A stretch of DNA of 64,000 nucleotides from an uncultured Gemmatimonadales bacterium. GTDB taxonomy: Bacteria > Gemmatimonadota > Gemmatimonadetes > Longimicrobiales > RSA9. The notes beneath the pieces were generated by a model that saw nothing but the letters and a program-made list of their open reading frames with translations, searched no databases and had not been told where the DNA came from. A program made the translations under genes and the position numbers. The DNA lies in NCBI GenBank assembly GCA_963783305.1, contig CAWAMW010000015.1:224001-288000 (forward strand). Reading direction: 5' to 3'. Below, in pieces: positions 10,535-20,486 of this stretch (positions are counted from its first letter, which is position 1; each line of letters begins with the position of its first letter).

Positions 10535-11461
10535 TCATGCCCTGGGATGGGCGTCCCGGTAGACCTTCTTGAGGCGCTCCTTGGAGGTGTGCGTGTAGAT
10601 GCGGGTGGTGGAGAGGGACTCGTGCCCAAGCAGCTCCTTCACCGCCATCAGGTCGGCGCCGGCGTCCAGCAGGTGAGTCGCGAAGGAGTGCCGGAGCGAG
10701 TGCGTAGACAGCTCTCCCTCATCGGCCACAGCGTCGAGGTACTCCCGGACGATGTCCTGGATCCGGCGCGTGCTCAGGCGCCGGCCGCTTTCACCGAGGA
10801 AGAGGGCATCGCGGTCGGGGCGGTCGCACGCGCGGATCACCTCGGTCCGACGCAACTCGTAGCGGCGGAGGGCCCGGACGGCGGCGGAGCCCAGCGGGAC
10901 AATGCGCTCCTTCCGGCCCTTGCCGCGAACCTTAACCTGGTCGCCGACGAGGTCCACGTCGCGGTTCGTAAGGCCCTGGAGCTCCGAGACGCGCATGCCG
11001 GTGGCGTAGAAGGTCTCGAGGATCGCCAGATCGCGGGCGCCCCGGAACCCACCATCGGCGGCGCGAGTCTCGGCGATCTCGAACATCCGGTCGACATCCC
11101 CACGGCTGAGCCAGGAGGGGAGCTTCCGATCCAGCTTGGGCGACCGCACGGTGCGAGCGGGATTCGCGTCGACGACTCCCTCCCGGTGCAGCCAGCGGAA
11201 GAAGCTCCGGACGGCCGAGAGCTTCCGGCTGATGGTCCGGCGCGCGAGCCCGCGTCGGTTCAGGTGGCCGAGGTAGGAGCGGAGGTCGAGGCGATCGAGC
11301 TCGTCCCACGACCAGGTGGAGCGCTGGGTATCGAGCCAGGTGCTGAACTGGTCGAGGTCGCGGCGGTAGGCGGAGACCGTGTTCGGGCTCAGCTGGCGTC
11401 CTTCCTCGATGTAGCGGAGGTAGTCGCCGAGGGGGCCGGTGCCGGCGGAGGACGGGCTCAC
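10535..11461 (-). CDS. xerC: Tyrosine recombinase XerC
   Basis: [35 protein letters not shown]; topA-trmFO-xerC-hslVU synteny. Confidence 0.9.
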   Translation of the reverse strand: MSPSSAGTGPLGDYLRYIEEGRQLSPNTVSAYRRDLDQFSTWLDTQRSTWSWDELDRLDLRSYLGHLNRRGLARRTISRKLSAVRSFFRWLHREGVVDANPARTVRSPKLDRKLPSWLSRGDVDRMFEIAETRAADGGFRGARDLAILETFYATGMRVSELQGLTNRDVDLVGDQVKVRGKGRKERIVPLGSAAVRALRRYELRRTEVIRACDRPDRDALFLGESGRRLSTRRIQDIVREYLDAVADEGELSTHSLRHSFATHLLDAGADLMAVKELLGHESLSTTRIYTHTSKERLKKVYRDAHPRA

Positions 11462-12840
11462 GACTCGCGCGCGTGAGCCGAGGAATGGGTGCGCTCCGGA
11501 ATGTGTGCGGGCTGGGGGAGGCGAACGCGCTCCAGGCCGTTCCCGGACATCCAGGCGGCGAAGTCCCGCTGCGCGCGCTCAGAGGTCTTCTGTCGCTTCT
11601 CGGCCTTCTTCCGGATCCGCTCCTCGAGGGGATCCACCAGGCCGAAGTTGGAGTTCATGGGCTGGAAGTCGCCGGGGTCGGCCTCGCGGAGATAGCGGTA
11701 GAGGCCGCCGAGCATGGTGGTGCTGGGCGGGATGACCGGGTCCTCTCCCCGTACGACCCGGCCGAGATTGATCCCGGCGAGGATCCCGGACGCGGCGGAC
11801 TCGGTGTACCCCTCCACGCCGGTGAGCTGACCGGCGAAGATGAGGTCGGGGCGCGCCTCGGTGGCGCCGTATTCGCTGAGACGGGCCGGGAAGTTGAGGT
11901 ACGTGTTGCGGTGGATGGAGCCCATGCGGAAGAACTCCGCGTCCGCGAGCCCGGGAATGCTCCGGAATATGGCGCGCTGCTCCCCGGTGCGGAGGCGGGT
12001 CTGAAAGCCGACCATGTTCCACATCTGGCCCCGGCGGTCCTCGCGTCGGAGCTGGACGACGGCGTGGGCCGTCTCCCCCGTGCGAGGGTTGGGAAGTCCG
12101 ATGGGTCGCATGGGTCCGAAGCGCAGTGTCTCCGCGCCTCGCTCCGCCATGACCTCGATGGGCAGGCAGCCCTCGAAGAAGGGCACGTTCTCCCAGTCGT
12201 GGCCCGGATAGACATCGGCCTCGCGCAGCGCCGCAATGAAGGCGTCGTACTGCTCGTGGTCCATGGGGCAGTTGAGGTAGTCGTCCCCTTCCCCCTTCTC
12301 CCAGCGGGAGCCAAGCCACGCGATGTCCATGTCCACGGAGTCGGCGGAAATGATGGGGGCGATGGAGTCGAAGAAGGCGAGGCCCTCGTCGCCCAGGAGC
12401 CGCTGGATCTCCGTGGTCAGCGCTTCGGACGTGAGGGGCCCGGTGGCGAGGACCGCGGGGCCGTCCGGGAGCGCTGTGACCTCCCGACGCTCGAGCGTGA
12501 TCCGGGGGTGCTCCTCCATGGCCGTGGTGATGCGACGGGCGAAAATCTCTCGATCGACGGCCAGGGCCGTGCCCGCGGGGACGCGTGAGGCGTCGGCGCT
12601 GGAGAGCAGCAGCGACCCGAGCGCGCGCATCTCGGCCTTGAGCAGCCCGTGGGCGTTGGTGGTGTCCTCGCTCTTGAACGAGTTGGTGCAGACCAGCTCC
12701 GCCAGGTCACCGGTCTGGTGCGCCGGCGTGGACCGTACCGGCCGCATCTCTACCAGCCTCACATCGTGACCGCGTTCGGCCAGCTGCCACGCGGCCTCGC
12801 AACCGGCGAGCCCCCCACCCACTACCGTCACTTCCGCCAT
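11458..12840 (-). CDS. trmFO: Folate/FAD-dependent tRNA (uracil-54) methyltransferase
   Basis: GGGLAGCEAA, ELVCTNSF, FEGCLPIE, AGQLTGVEGY, FQPMNSNFG. Confidence 0.97.
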   Translation of the reverse strand: MAEVTVVGGGLAGCEAAWQLAERGHDVRLVEMRPVRSTPAHQTGDLAELVCTNSFKSEDTTNAHGLLKAEMRALGSLLLSSADASRVPAGTALAVDREIFARRITTAMEEHPRITLERREVTALPDGPAVLATGPLTSEALTTEIQRLLGDEGLAFFDSIAPIISADSVDMDIAWLGSRWEKGEGDDYLNCPMDHEQYDAFIAALREADVYPGHDWENVPFFEGCLPIEVMAERGAETLRFGPMRPIGLPNPRTGETAHAVVQLRREDRRGQMWNMVGFQTRLRTGEQRAIFRSIPGLADAEFFRMGSIHRNTYLNFPARLSEYGATEARPDLIFAGQLTGVEGYTESAASGILAGINLGRVVRGEDPVIPPSTTMLGGLYRYLREADPGDFQPMNSNFGLVDPLEERIRKKAEKRQKTSERAQRDFAAWMSGNGLERVRLPQPAHIPERTHSSAHARES

Positions 12841-15137
12841 CAGCTTCCCCTCGATGCAGCGTCCGCGTGGACCGTTTCCGGCGTCATTTCCGATTTGCAT
12901 TCCAGGCAGGTGTAGAACCGGCCGCGCTTCCTGCTGCGCTTTTCGAGCAGGAACGGCGCCTCACAGGTGGGGCAGGCCACGGGTACCGGCGGATCCCAGA
13001 CCGACCAGTCGCACTGGGGGTATCGGACGCAGCCCCAGAACGGCTTGCCCTTCCGCGTCTTCTTCTCCCCTACCCCGCCGGCGCCGCATTTCGGGCACAG
13101 CAGACCCGGGATGGTGACCGGCTTCGTGAACGAGCACGTGGGGTGATTGGCGCAGCCGATGAAGCGCCCGAAGCGGCCGGTCCGCTGGAGGAGCTCGCCG
13201 CCGCACTCGGGGCACTCCTCGCCCGTGGCCTTCGGCTCGGGTCGCTTCTCGCCATCCAGGGAATGGGTGTGGCGGCAGTCGGGATAGCCGGTGCACCCGG
13301 CGAAACGGCCGAACTTGTTCCACCGGACGGTGAGGGCGCTGCCGCAGTCCGGGCAGACCTCGTCCGTGATCTCCATGACCGACCGGGTGACCGCGTCGCT
13401 GTTCTTCTCACCGGCCTTCAGCTGGCGCAGGAAGGGGCCATAGAAGTCGGTGAGCACCTGTCGCCACGCGAGCTCCCCCTCCTCGATGCGATCGAGCTCA
13501 CCCTCCATCCGGCTGGTGAACCCCACATCGAACAGGTCGGGGAACATGCGGATGAGTACATTGGCCACCGTCTCACCGAGGGCCGTGGGCCTGAACCGCT
13601 TCTTTTCGAGCTCCACGTACTTCCGGTCCCGGAGGGTGGCGGTGATCTGGGCGTAAGTGGACGGGCGGCCGATCCCCTGCTTCTCGAGCTCCTTGACGAG
13701 GGTTGCCTCGGTGTATCGCGGAGGCGGCTGCGTGAAGTGCTGCCCCGGCTCCAGTGCCCGTAGCTCCGCGGTCTCTCCCGCGTCCAGGGCGGGCAGTGGC
13801 GCCAGGTCGTCGAGAGTGCGACCGTCTCCCTCCTCCCTGGACTCCTGGTAGAGCCGTGTGAAGCCGTCGAACTTCATGACGGAGCCGGTCGCCCGGAACA
13901 GATAGGCGCTGGAGACACCCCTCAGCCGGAAGTCGATCGTGGTCGTGTCGTAGACGGCCGCCGGCATCTGCCCCGCCATGAACCGCAGCCAGATGAGCTC
14001 GTAGAGTCGGTAGCCATCCCTGTCGAGGTACCGCCGGAGCGCATCGGGGCTGCGGCCTGGATCAGTGGGGCGAATCGCCTCGTGAGCCTCCTGCGCACCT
14101 TTCTGCTGGCGACCTCCCCATAGCCGCGGCGCTCCGGAGACGTACCGTCGGCCGAAGCGCTTCTCGAGGTAGCTCCTGGCGCTCGTGGCCGCGGAGGCCG
14201 AGATCCGGGTGGAGTCGGTCCGCATGTAGGTGATCAGCCCGGCCGCGCCGCCCGGCATGTCGACGCCCTCGTACAGCTTCTGGGCGACGCGCATGGTGCG
14301 GCGGGCGTTGAATCCCAGCCGCCTGGCCGCCTCCTGCTGCAGCGTGGACGTGGTGAAAGGCGGCGGAGGGTTCTTCCTGCGCTCCCGACGCTTCACCTCG
14401 GTGGCAGTGAACGGGACACCCCGCAGGTCCGCGAGGACGGCGAGCGCCTCCGCCTCGGTGGCCAGCCGGAACCTTGCCCCGTCGATCTGGTGGAGTCTGG
14501 CGTCGAACTCCTGGCCGCGGGCGGTGAGGTGCGCGTCGATCGACCAGTACTCGGTCGCGTCGAAGGCGCGGATCTCCTCCTCACGGTCGGTAATGAGCCG
14601 GAGCGCCACGGTCTGGACGCGGCCGGCGCTGAGGCCGCGCCGAATGGGTTTCCACAGAATGGGGCTCACCTTGTAGCCCACGAGCCGATCGAGAATGCGC
14701 CGCGCCTGCTGCGCCTCGACCTTGTGCATGTCGAGGGCGCTGGGCTGCTCGAGCGCGGCGCGGACGGCGCGGCTGGTGATCTCGTTGAAGCGCACGCGGG
14801 CGAAGCGGCCATCGCCGGAGCCGGGGTGGTATCCGAGCTGCTGCGCCACATGGTAGGCGATGGCCTCGCCCTCCCGGTCCGGGTCGGTGGCCAGGATCAC
14901 CCGCGCAGCACCGTCCGCGAACCGGGCGAGTTCGGTCAGCACCTTGCCCTTGCCCCGGATGGTCACGTACCGCGGCTCGAAGCCGGCGTCCACGTCCACG
15001 CCCAGCTCCCGCTTGGGCAGGTCCATGACGTGTCCCACCGAGGCCTTCACCACGTACGCCGGGCCCAGGTACTTCCCGATCGTCCGTGCCTTTGCCGGCG
15101 ACTCGACGATCACCAGGTGTCTGCTACCGCTCATCAT
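12840..15137 (-). CDS. topA: DNA topoisomerase I with C-terminal zinc ribbons
   Basis: VIVESPAKA, ATDPDREGEAI, ITYMRTDS, QEAHEAIRP, repeated CxxC pairs. Confidence 0.98.
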   Translation of the reverse strand: MMSGSRHLVIVESPAKARTIGKYLGPAYVVKASVGHVMDLPKRELGVDVDAGFEPRYVTIRGKGKVLTELARFADGAARVILATDPDREGEAIAYHVAQQLGYHPGSGDGRFARVRFNEITSRAVRAALEQPSALDMHKVEAQQARRILDRLVGYKVSPILWKPIRRGLSAGRVQTVALRLITDREEEIRAFDATEYWSIDAHLTARGQEFDARLHQIDGARFRLATEAEALAVLADLRGVPFTATEVKRRERRKNPPPPFTTSTLQQEAARRLGFNARRTMRVAQKLYEGVDMPGGAAGLITYMRTDSTRISASAATSARSYLEKRFGRRYVSGAPRLWGGRQQKGAQEAHEAIRPTDPGRSPDALRRYLDRDGYRLYELIWLRFMAGQMPAAVYDTTTIDFRLRGVSSAYLFRATGSVMKFDGFTRLYQESREEGDGRTLDDLAPLPALDAGETAELRALEPGQHFTQPPPRYTEATLVKELEKQGIGRPSTYAQITATLRDRKYVELEKKRFRPTALGETVANVLIRMFPDLFDVGFTSRMEGELDRIEEGELAWRQVLTDFYGPFLRQLKAGEKNSDAVTRSVMEITDEVCPDCGSALTVRWNKFGRFAGCTGYPDCRHTHSLDGEKRPEPKATGEECPECGGELLQRTGRFGRFIGCANHPTCSFTKPVTIPGLLCPKCGAGGVGEKKTRKGKPFWGCVRYPQCDWSVWDPPVPVACPTCEAPFLLEKRSRKRGRFYTCLECKSEMTPETVHADAASRGS

Positions 15138-15678
15138 CCTCCCCGCCGGGAGCCAGTCGCCGGAGGATCTCCTCGACCACCGCGTCCGAATCCCTGCCAT
15201 CCACGTTTACGACGACCTCCGCGCGCCGGTACAGCGGCTCGCGCTTCCGGAGCAACGCCGCCGCGCGCTCCGACCTTCCCTCCAGGGGCCCGAGCAGGGG
15301 CCGATCGGTTTCGTCGGCGTCGGCCCGCCGCAGCGCCTCCTCCGCGCTGATGCGGAGCCAGATGCGGACGGTACCGGCGCCGAGGCGATCCACGAGATCC
15401 GGCCGGGTGACCCATCCGCCTCCGGGCGCCAGCACCATTCCGGTGGCGCCGGCAAGCTCCTCAGTCAGCTCCGCCTCCAGCTTTCGGAACGCCAGCTCTC
15501 CCCGCTCCCGGATCAACGTACCCGGGTCGGAGCCGGTGCGTTCGTGTATGCGCTGGTCGAAGTCCACGAATTTCCACCCCAGCCGCTGCGCCAGGCGAGC
15601 GCCGACCGTGGATTTCCCGGCGGCCATGAAACCCACGAGCACGATGCGCCCGAAGGGCAGGCCGCGTCCATGGCTCAC
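15124..15678 (-). CDS. aroK: Shikimate kinase
   Basis: GFMAAGKSTVG, GELAFRKLE, GGG, RPLL, REPLY. Confidence 0.95.
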   Translation of the reverse strand: MSHGRGLPFGRIVLVGFMAAGKSTVGARLAQRLGWKFVDFDQRIHERTGSDPGTLIRERGELAFRKLEAELTEELAGATGMVLAPGGGWVTRPDLVDRLGAGTVRIWLRISAEEALRRADADETDRPLLGPLEGRSERAAALLRKREPLYRRAEVVVNVDGRDSDAVVEEILRRLAPGGEDDER

Positions 15679-16925
15679 TGGGCGCCGGATTCGTACGGTC
15701 GGTCGGAACTGGCCTCGCCGATCCGTCGGCCCCGCTCCTCCAGGTCGTCCTGGTAGGATCCCAGGTTGCGGCTGAGCTCGGCCATGGAGTCACCGCCGAA
15801 CTTCTCCAACATGGCGTTGGCGAGGACGATGGCGACCATCGCTTCACCCACCACGCCCGCGGCGGCCAGGGCGGCCACATCGCTCCGCTCGCGGATGGCA
15901 TCCGCGCGCTCCTTGGTCCGGAGGTCGACGCTCCGGAGCGGGCGCATGAGGCTGGAGAGCGGCTTCATGGCCACCCGCGCCACCAGCGGGGCCCCGGTGG
16001 TGATTCCGCCTTCCACGCCACCCGCACTGTTCGTCACGCGCTTGTACCCACCCGTGTGACGAATGCTCCAGGCGGGATCGTGCTCGATCTCATCGTGAAC
16101 GCGGGACCCGCGCCGGGAGGCCGCCTCGAAGCCGAGGCCGATCTCCACCCCCTTCATTGCGGGGATGGACATGAGCGCGCCGGCGAGCCTGCCATCCAGG
16201 CGTCGGTCCCAGGAGACGTAGCTGCCGAGCCCGGCTACGAGGCCCGTAGCGACGACCTCGAACACGCCACCCAGGGTGTCACCCTCTTCGCCCGCGGCGT
16301 CGACGGCCCGGATCATCCGCTCTTCCGCGTCTGGATCGAGGGTGCGGAGGGGGGAAGCGTCGGCGGCGGCATTGAGGTCTTCCGGGAACTCGGCCGGGCG
16401 CTCGGCCACGACATCGCCAAGCCGTACCACATGGCTGCCGATCCGGATGCCGAAAGTCTCCAGCATCCGCCGCGCGATGGCCCCCGCCGCAACCCGCGCG
16501 GCCGTCTCCCGCGCCGAGGCGCGCTCCAGGATGTCGCGGGCGTCGCCCCGTCCGTACTTGAGGACTCCCACCAGGTCGGCGTGTCCCGGCCGTGGGAGGT
16601 GGACGCGCCGGAAATCCTGCTCATCCACATCCGGTGGCGGCGGCTCCGGCGCCATGGCGGTGCTCCAGTTCTCCCAGTCGCGGTTCCAGATCAACATGGC
16701 AATGGGAGCGCCAATGGTCTCGCCGAGTCGAACGCCTGAAAGGAGCTCGGCCCGATCCTCCTCGATGGCCATCCGCCCGCCCCGGCCGTAGCCGCCCTGC
16801 CGTCGGCGCAATTGCGGATCGATGTCCCTCTGCGCGACCAGGTCCAGACCCGCGGGGACGCCCTCCACCAGGGCAACGAGCCCGCGGCCATGGGACTCCC
16901 CGGCCGTCCTGTAACTGAAGTGCAT
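15675..16925 (-). CDS. aroC: Chorismate synthase
   Basis: TAGESHG, PRPGHAD, ERASARETA, GGVEGG, ERSDV. Confidence 0.98.
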   Translation of the reverse strand: MHFSYRTAGESHGRGLVALVEGVPAGLDLVAQRDIDPQLRRRQGGYGRGGRMAIEEDRAELLSGVRLGETIGAPIAMLIWNRDWENWSTAMAPEPPPPDVDEQDFRRVHLPRPGHADLVGVLKYGRGDARDILERASARETAARVAAGAIARRMLETFGIRIGSHVVRLGDVVAERPAEFPEDLNAAADASPLRTLDPDAEERMIRAVDAAGEEGDTLGGVFEVVATGLVAGLGSYVSWDRRLDGRLAGALMSIPAMKGVEIGLGFEAASRRGSRVHDEIEHDPAWSIRHTGGYKRVTNSAGGVEGGITTGAPLVARVAMKPLSSLMRPLRSVDLRTKERADAIRERSDVAALAAAGVVGEAMVAIVLANAMLEKFGGDSMAELSRNLGSYQDDLEERGRRIGEASSDRPYESGAQ

Positions 16926-16948
16926 AGATCCCCTGCCGTAGTTCGCGC

Positions 16949-16984
16949 AAAAAAGCGGAGCCCCCGCGCGTGCAGGGGCTCCGG
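16949..16984 (-). terminator. Intrinsic terminator after the pilMNOPQ-lipoprotein operon
   Basis: CGGAGCCCC/GGGGCTCCG stem followed by T6 on the minus strand. Confidence 0.8.
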
Positions 16985-17038
16985 ACCATGCTGAATCACC
17001 CCGACCGCGTCAACCGTCCGCGGGCGGGTGCCGGCGGA

Positions 17039-20000
17039 TCATGGATTCGCGTATGGCTCCAGATCCCGTCGGCGGACGTTCACCACGACCACACCGCCCG
17101 CGCTGGTGACGCCGTACAGCTTGGCCACGATGCAATCCTTGCGGGCCGCTTCCGTGGTGGCGAGCGCGACACAGCGACCGCCCTGGCCGTTGTTGTCCGA
17201 GTCGAGCGGCGGGCCACTCCGGAGCGGTCCGACAATGTTGTCGCGGATCATCAGCGAGTTGACCCGGTTGAAGTGGTTCGTATTGACCACGTCGATGGAG
17301 TTCTCCGACGTGCCGGTGAAGGCCGCGCCGTGTCCATCCGTGTCGGTGTGGCTCCCGTCCATCACGGAATTGTGCTCCGGGTGGAAGGCAGCCCCCGCTC
17401 CGCCCTGACTCGAGTTCTCGAAGAGCCCCTGCAGTCGCAGGTCGGGCGTGAAGAAGTAGGTGTAGTCGCGACCCCGTGCGACGCCCAGAGACCCGTTCTC
17501 GTTCAGCCCGATCCCGAGGACCTCCTCCGACGCGTTGTTCACCAGGTCGGCGATCTCCACTTCGTCGGACAGCTGGGGCTGCTCGGACCCCTGCCAGAGC
17601 ATGATCCGGCCCAGCGGCGACTTGGCCCCCTCGCCGATGGCGATGGTCCCACGGTCACCCGACGCGGTGACGAACGTGGTGTCGGACCACGCCAGCTCCT
17701 CCATGTTCCACGAGCCCCGCATGTAGAAGGGGAAGAACATGGCGGCCTGCTCGCCCACGCCTCGGGCGGCCATCACGGCCGCGATCTGTGCCTGCACCGA
17801 AGCCACGGCCACGCCCACGTCCGTCTCATAGTCGCTGGCGATGATCGCATCCGGGTAGCCGGGCTCATGGGCGAAGATCCGGATCCGGTCGCTGCCGACC
17901 GTCGACGGAGCCACGTGGAGGCTGTCCACGTTCGCGAGCGCCGCGATGTTGTCCGAGTTCGGATCGACCATGTCGGCGGTGATGAGGAAGCGCACCTCCG
18001 GCCGGTCGGTGGCCGAGCCCGGGTCCGGGTCGCCGTGGATGAAGCGCAGCGTGGTGGTTGGGGCCGCCGGGGTGGAGATCGTGGAGTAGACGATCCTCAA
18101 CAGCGAGTCCTGGGCGAGGAAGTGGGGCCGATCGGCCAGGTCGATGTACGACACCAGCAGCTTCACGTCACCGTTGTCCTTCTCGCTCTCCTCGATCTCG
18201 AACAGGACCGCGTTGGGGGTCCTCAGCCGGACCACGTCCACTTCCTGCACGTTGCTCACATCTCCGTCCATGTGGACCATGGATATGTTGGTCCCGCCGG
18301 AGTTGGCGACCAGGAGCGTACGTGCGATGGACCCGGGCGTCGCGGGGATCCCGAAGCCCGGCTCGCTCGCCGAGACGACGCGCTCGCCCATGAAGAGACC
18401 GGCGGGCTCCGAGCCCACCTGGACCGAGTTCTCGAAGCGGTTCTGGAACACATCGCTGTCGAGCTGGAGCACCTCGACGAGGTTCTGCGACTTGTTGGAC
18501 AGGAAGACGCGATCGTCGACCGTGTCAATGGCGATGTCCGCGATCACGGCGCTCCGGTTGTCCAGCAGCACCGTCGAGCCGCGTACGGTCGTCACGTGGA
18601 GCGGCAACCCGGCCGAGTCCGCAGCCGTGTAGAAGCGGCCGGCCGAGTACCCCTCGGGCGAGCAGGGGCGCTGCTCGTCGGATCCCGCCGCGCACGCCAC
18701 GTTCCCTTCCATATCGGCGGCGAAGCCGTGGACCCACAGGTCCAGGTCGTCGGGGAAGATGCTGTCCCGCGTGGCAGCGTTCGCGGGGACACCGAGGCGG
18801 TCGTACAGCGAGTCGATGGAGAGGACGAACACCAGCTCCTCCAGACTCCTGGAGCCGGAGAGGATCCGCTCCTCCTCCACGGTCAGGGTGTCGCTCTGGT
18901 CGAGGCCACGCGCCACGAGGGCCGTGATCCCGATCCGGCCCAGGCCGCTGTTTGCGTCGAAGGCCGAGACGCGGATCCGGATGGAGTCGGAGAGCTCCAT
19001 TCGGTTCCCGCTGTTGGATGGGCCCAGGCGCTCGGCGGCCACGGAGACCATGGGCGGCTCGTCGTCGGCCACCGTTTCGGAGGTCACGGCCACCGTGACC
19101 AGCCGGCTCTGTCCGGCGATCCGCGACCTGTTCCAGGCCCGGGCCTGGAAGTCGACGGTCCCCGCTGAGGACGGCATGGTCACGCTCTGGACGATCACGA
19201 ACGGGGTGTCCGTCCGTGCGGGGAGCGGGAGTGTGATTCGCTGGCTCGCATCGCCGGCCAGGACCAGCGTGGCACTGTCGATGCCGGTTCCATCGTGAAC
19301 CGAGATCCTGACATCGAACTCCGCGCCGGACCCGACCTCGAAGCTGGCGGGCGGGTACGTGATCGCGACCTTGGGTCCTCCGACGAACATCACCTTCATG
19401 GTGTCGGAGATGTTGCCATATCCGTCTGTGGCCGTAATCAGGATCTCGACCGGCTCCGCCGAGGGCTCACCCGCGGGCCGGAGATACGGGTTCAACACGT
19501 ACTGCCTGGGGAGGGTGTCGCCCTCCGTCGGCCGGGGGAAGGTGATGGTCCTGGCGGCGAAACGCTCCACCACGCTGTCGGTGCCCATGCCGGGATCACC
19601 CCGGTACGCGAGCCCGACCAGGGTGACGCTCCTGATCCCCGCCGGGTCCGCCAGTTCCACCTCCACCTGGACCGAATCGTCCATCGAAACCGTGGAGTCC
19701 GGATTGGTTTGGAGGGATACGAAGGTGGGGCCGTCCGCGTCGCTCAGGGTGATGCGGAGCGTGTCGCCCGTCGCCTCGAAGCCGTTGATGTCACGGGCGA
19801 ACGGGACCACGCGTACGACACCGAGCTGGAGCCCGGCGGTCGGCAGCTGAAGCGTCGGAGTCGCGGTGGGTCTGGCCGGATCGACGTCCAGCGACACCGT
19901 GTTGGTGGTCCCTGCGCTGTCCATGATGGAAGCGCCGACCCCTGTGAGTCCCCGGTTGTCGCGGGCGTTGAGGTTCACGTCCAGGGGCAGTCCCGCGTCC

Positions 20001-20464
20001 AGCGCGGACCCCGCGGTCGTCACCGACACCGTGGGCGGTGTGGCGTCCGTGATCTGAACCGTTGTGGTGATCGGGCCGCTCGTGTCGGGCACAACGTCGA
20101 TCGCCCAGGCGGTGGCCGTGAGCTCCGGGTCCGGTCCCGTACCGTACGGGATCGGGAGCCTGAGGCTGCCGGAAACGCTGGTCGCGGGGTTGTCGACCAC
20201 GAACGCGGTATCCCCCGTCATGGCGCCGCTCAGCTGGACGCGGATCCGGGTGATCGCGCGGGCACCGCTGGCGTTGACCGTGAAGATGACCGTGTCCCCC
20301 TCGACGAAGGAGGTGGCATTGGCGGAGAATCCGTCCAGAGCGGGCGGTATATCCGTCCGGAAGAGGTTGGGATCGTCGCAGCCGGCGAAGCCAGCCACAA
20401 CGAGGAGCGCCAGGGCGGCGCTGCGTGCCGCGGACCGCCTCCATACCGAGGTCTGATGCTTCAT
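17039..20464 (-). CDS. Large (~1140 aa) lipoprotein with about 5 Ig-like repeats and a predicted C-terminal beta-propeller
   Basis: Signal peptide with lipobox FAGC; repeated D..PP.V / A.D..G / A.D..GN Ig patterns; YVTN-like blades (RVFLSNKSQNLVEV, VGSEPAGL, LLVANSGGTNISMV). Confidence 0.75.
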   Translation of the reverse strand: MKHQTSVWRRSAARSAALALLVVAGFAGCDDPNLFRTDIPPALDGFSANATSFVEGDTVIFTVNASGARAITRIRVQLSGAMTGDTAFVVDNPATSVSGSLRLPIPYGTGPDPELTATAWAIDVVPDTSGPITTTVQITDATPPTVSVTTAGSALDAGLPLDVNLNARDNRGLTGVGASIMDSAGTTNTVSLDVDPARPTATPTLQLPTAGLQLGVVRVVPFARDINGFEATGDTLRITLSDADGPTFVSLQTNPDSTVSMDDSVQVEVELADPAGIRSVTLVGLAYRGDPGMGTDSVVERFAARTITFPRPTEGDTLPRQYVLNPYLRPAGEPSAEPVEILITATDGYGNISDTMKVMFVGGPKVAITYPPASFEVGSGAEFDVRISVHDGTGIDSATLVLAGDASQRITLPLPARTDTPFVIVQSVTMPSSAGTVDFQARAWNRSRIAGQSRLVTVAVTSETVADDEPPMVSVAAERLGPSNSGNRMELSDSIRIRVSAFDANSGLGRIGITALVARGLDQSDTLTVEEERILSGSRSLEELVFVLSIDSLYDRLGVPANAATRDSIFPDDLDLWVHGFAADMEGNVACAAGSDEQRPCSPEGYSAGRFYTAADSAGLPLHVTTVRGSTVLLDNRSAVIADIAIDTVDDRVFLSNKSQNLVEVLQLDSDVFQNRFENSVQVGSEPAGLFMGERVVSASEPGFGIPATPGSIARTLLVANSGGTNISMVHMDGDVSNVQEVDVVRLRTPNAVLFEIEESEKDNGDVKLLVSYIDLADRPHFLAQDSLLRIVYSTISTPAAPTTTLRFIHGDPDPGSATDRPEVRFLITADMVDPNSDNIAALANVDSLHVAPSTVGSDRIRIFAHEPGYPDAIIASDYETDVGVAVASVQAQIAAVMAARGVGEQAAMFFPFYMRGSWNMEELAWSDTTFVTASGDRGTIAIGEGAKSPLGRIMLWQGSEQPQLSDEVEIADLVNNASEEVLGIGLNENGSLGVARGRDYTYFFTPDLRLQGLFENSSQGGAGAAFHPEHNSVMDGSHTDTDGHGAAFTGTSENSIDVVNTNHFNRVNSLMIRDNIVGPLRSGPPLDSDNNGQGGRCVALATTEAARKDCIVAKLYGVTSAGGVVVVNVRRRDLEPYANP

Positions 20465-20486
20465 GATGCTGTCTCCCCTCACAGTC

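Noticed and set aside
10535..11461. Tyrosine recombinase as a prophage or island integrase
   Set aside because: Size, motifs and housekeeping synteny indicate XerC; no att sites or cargo seen
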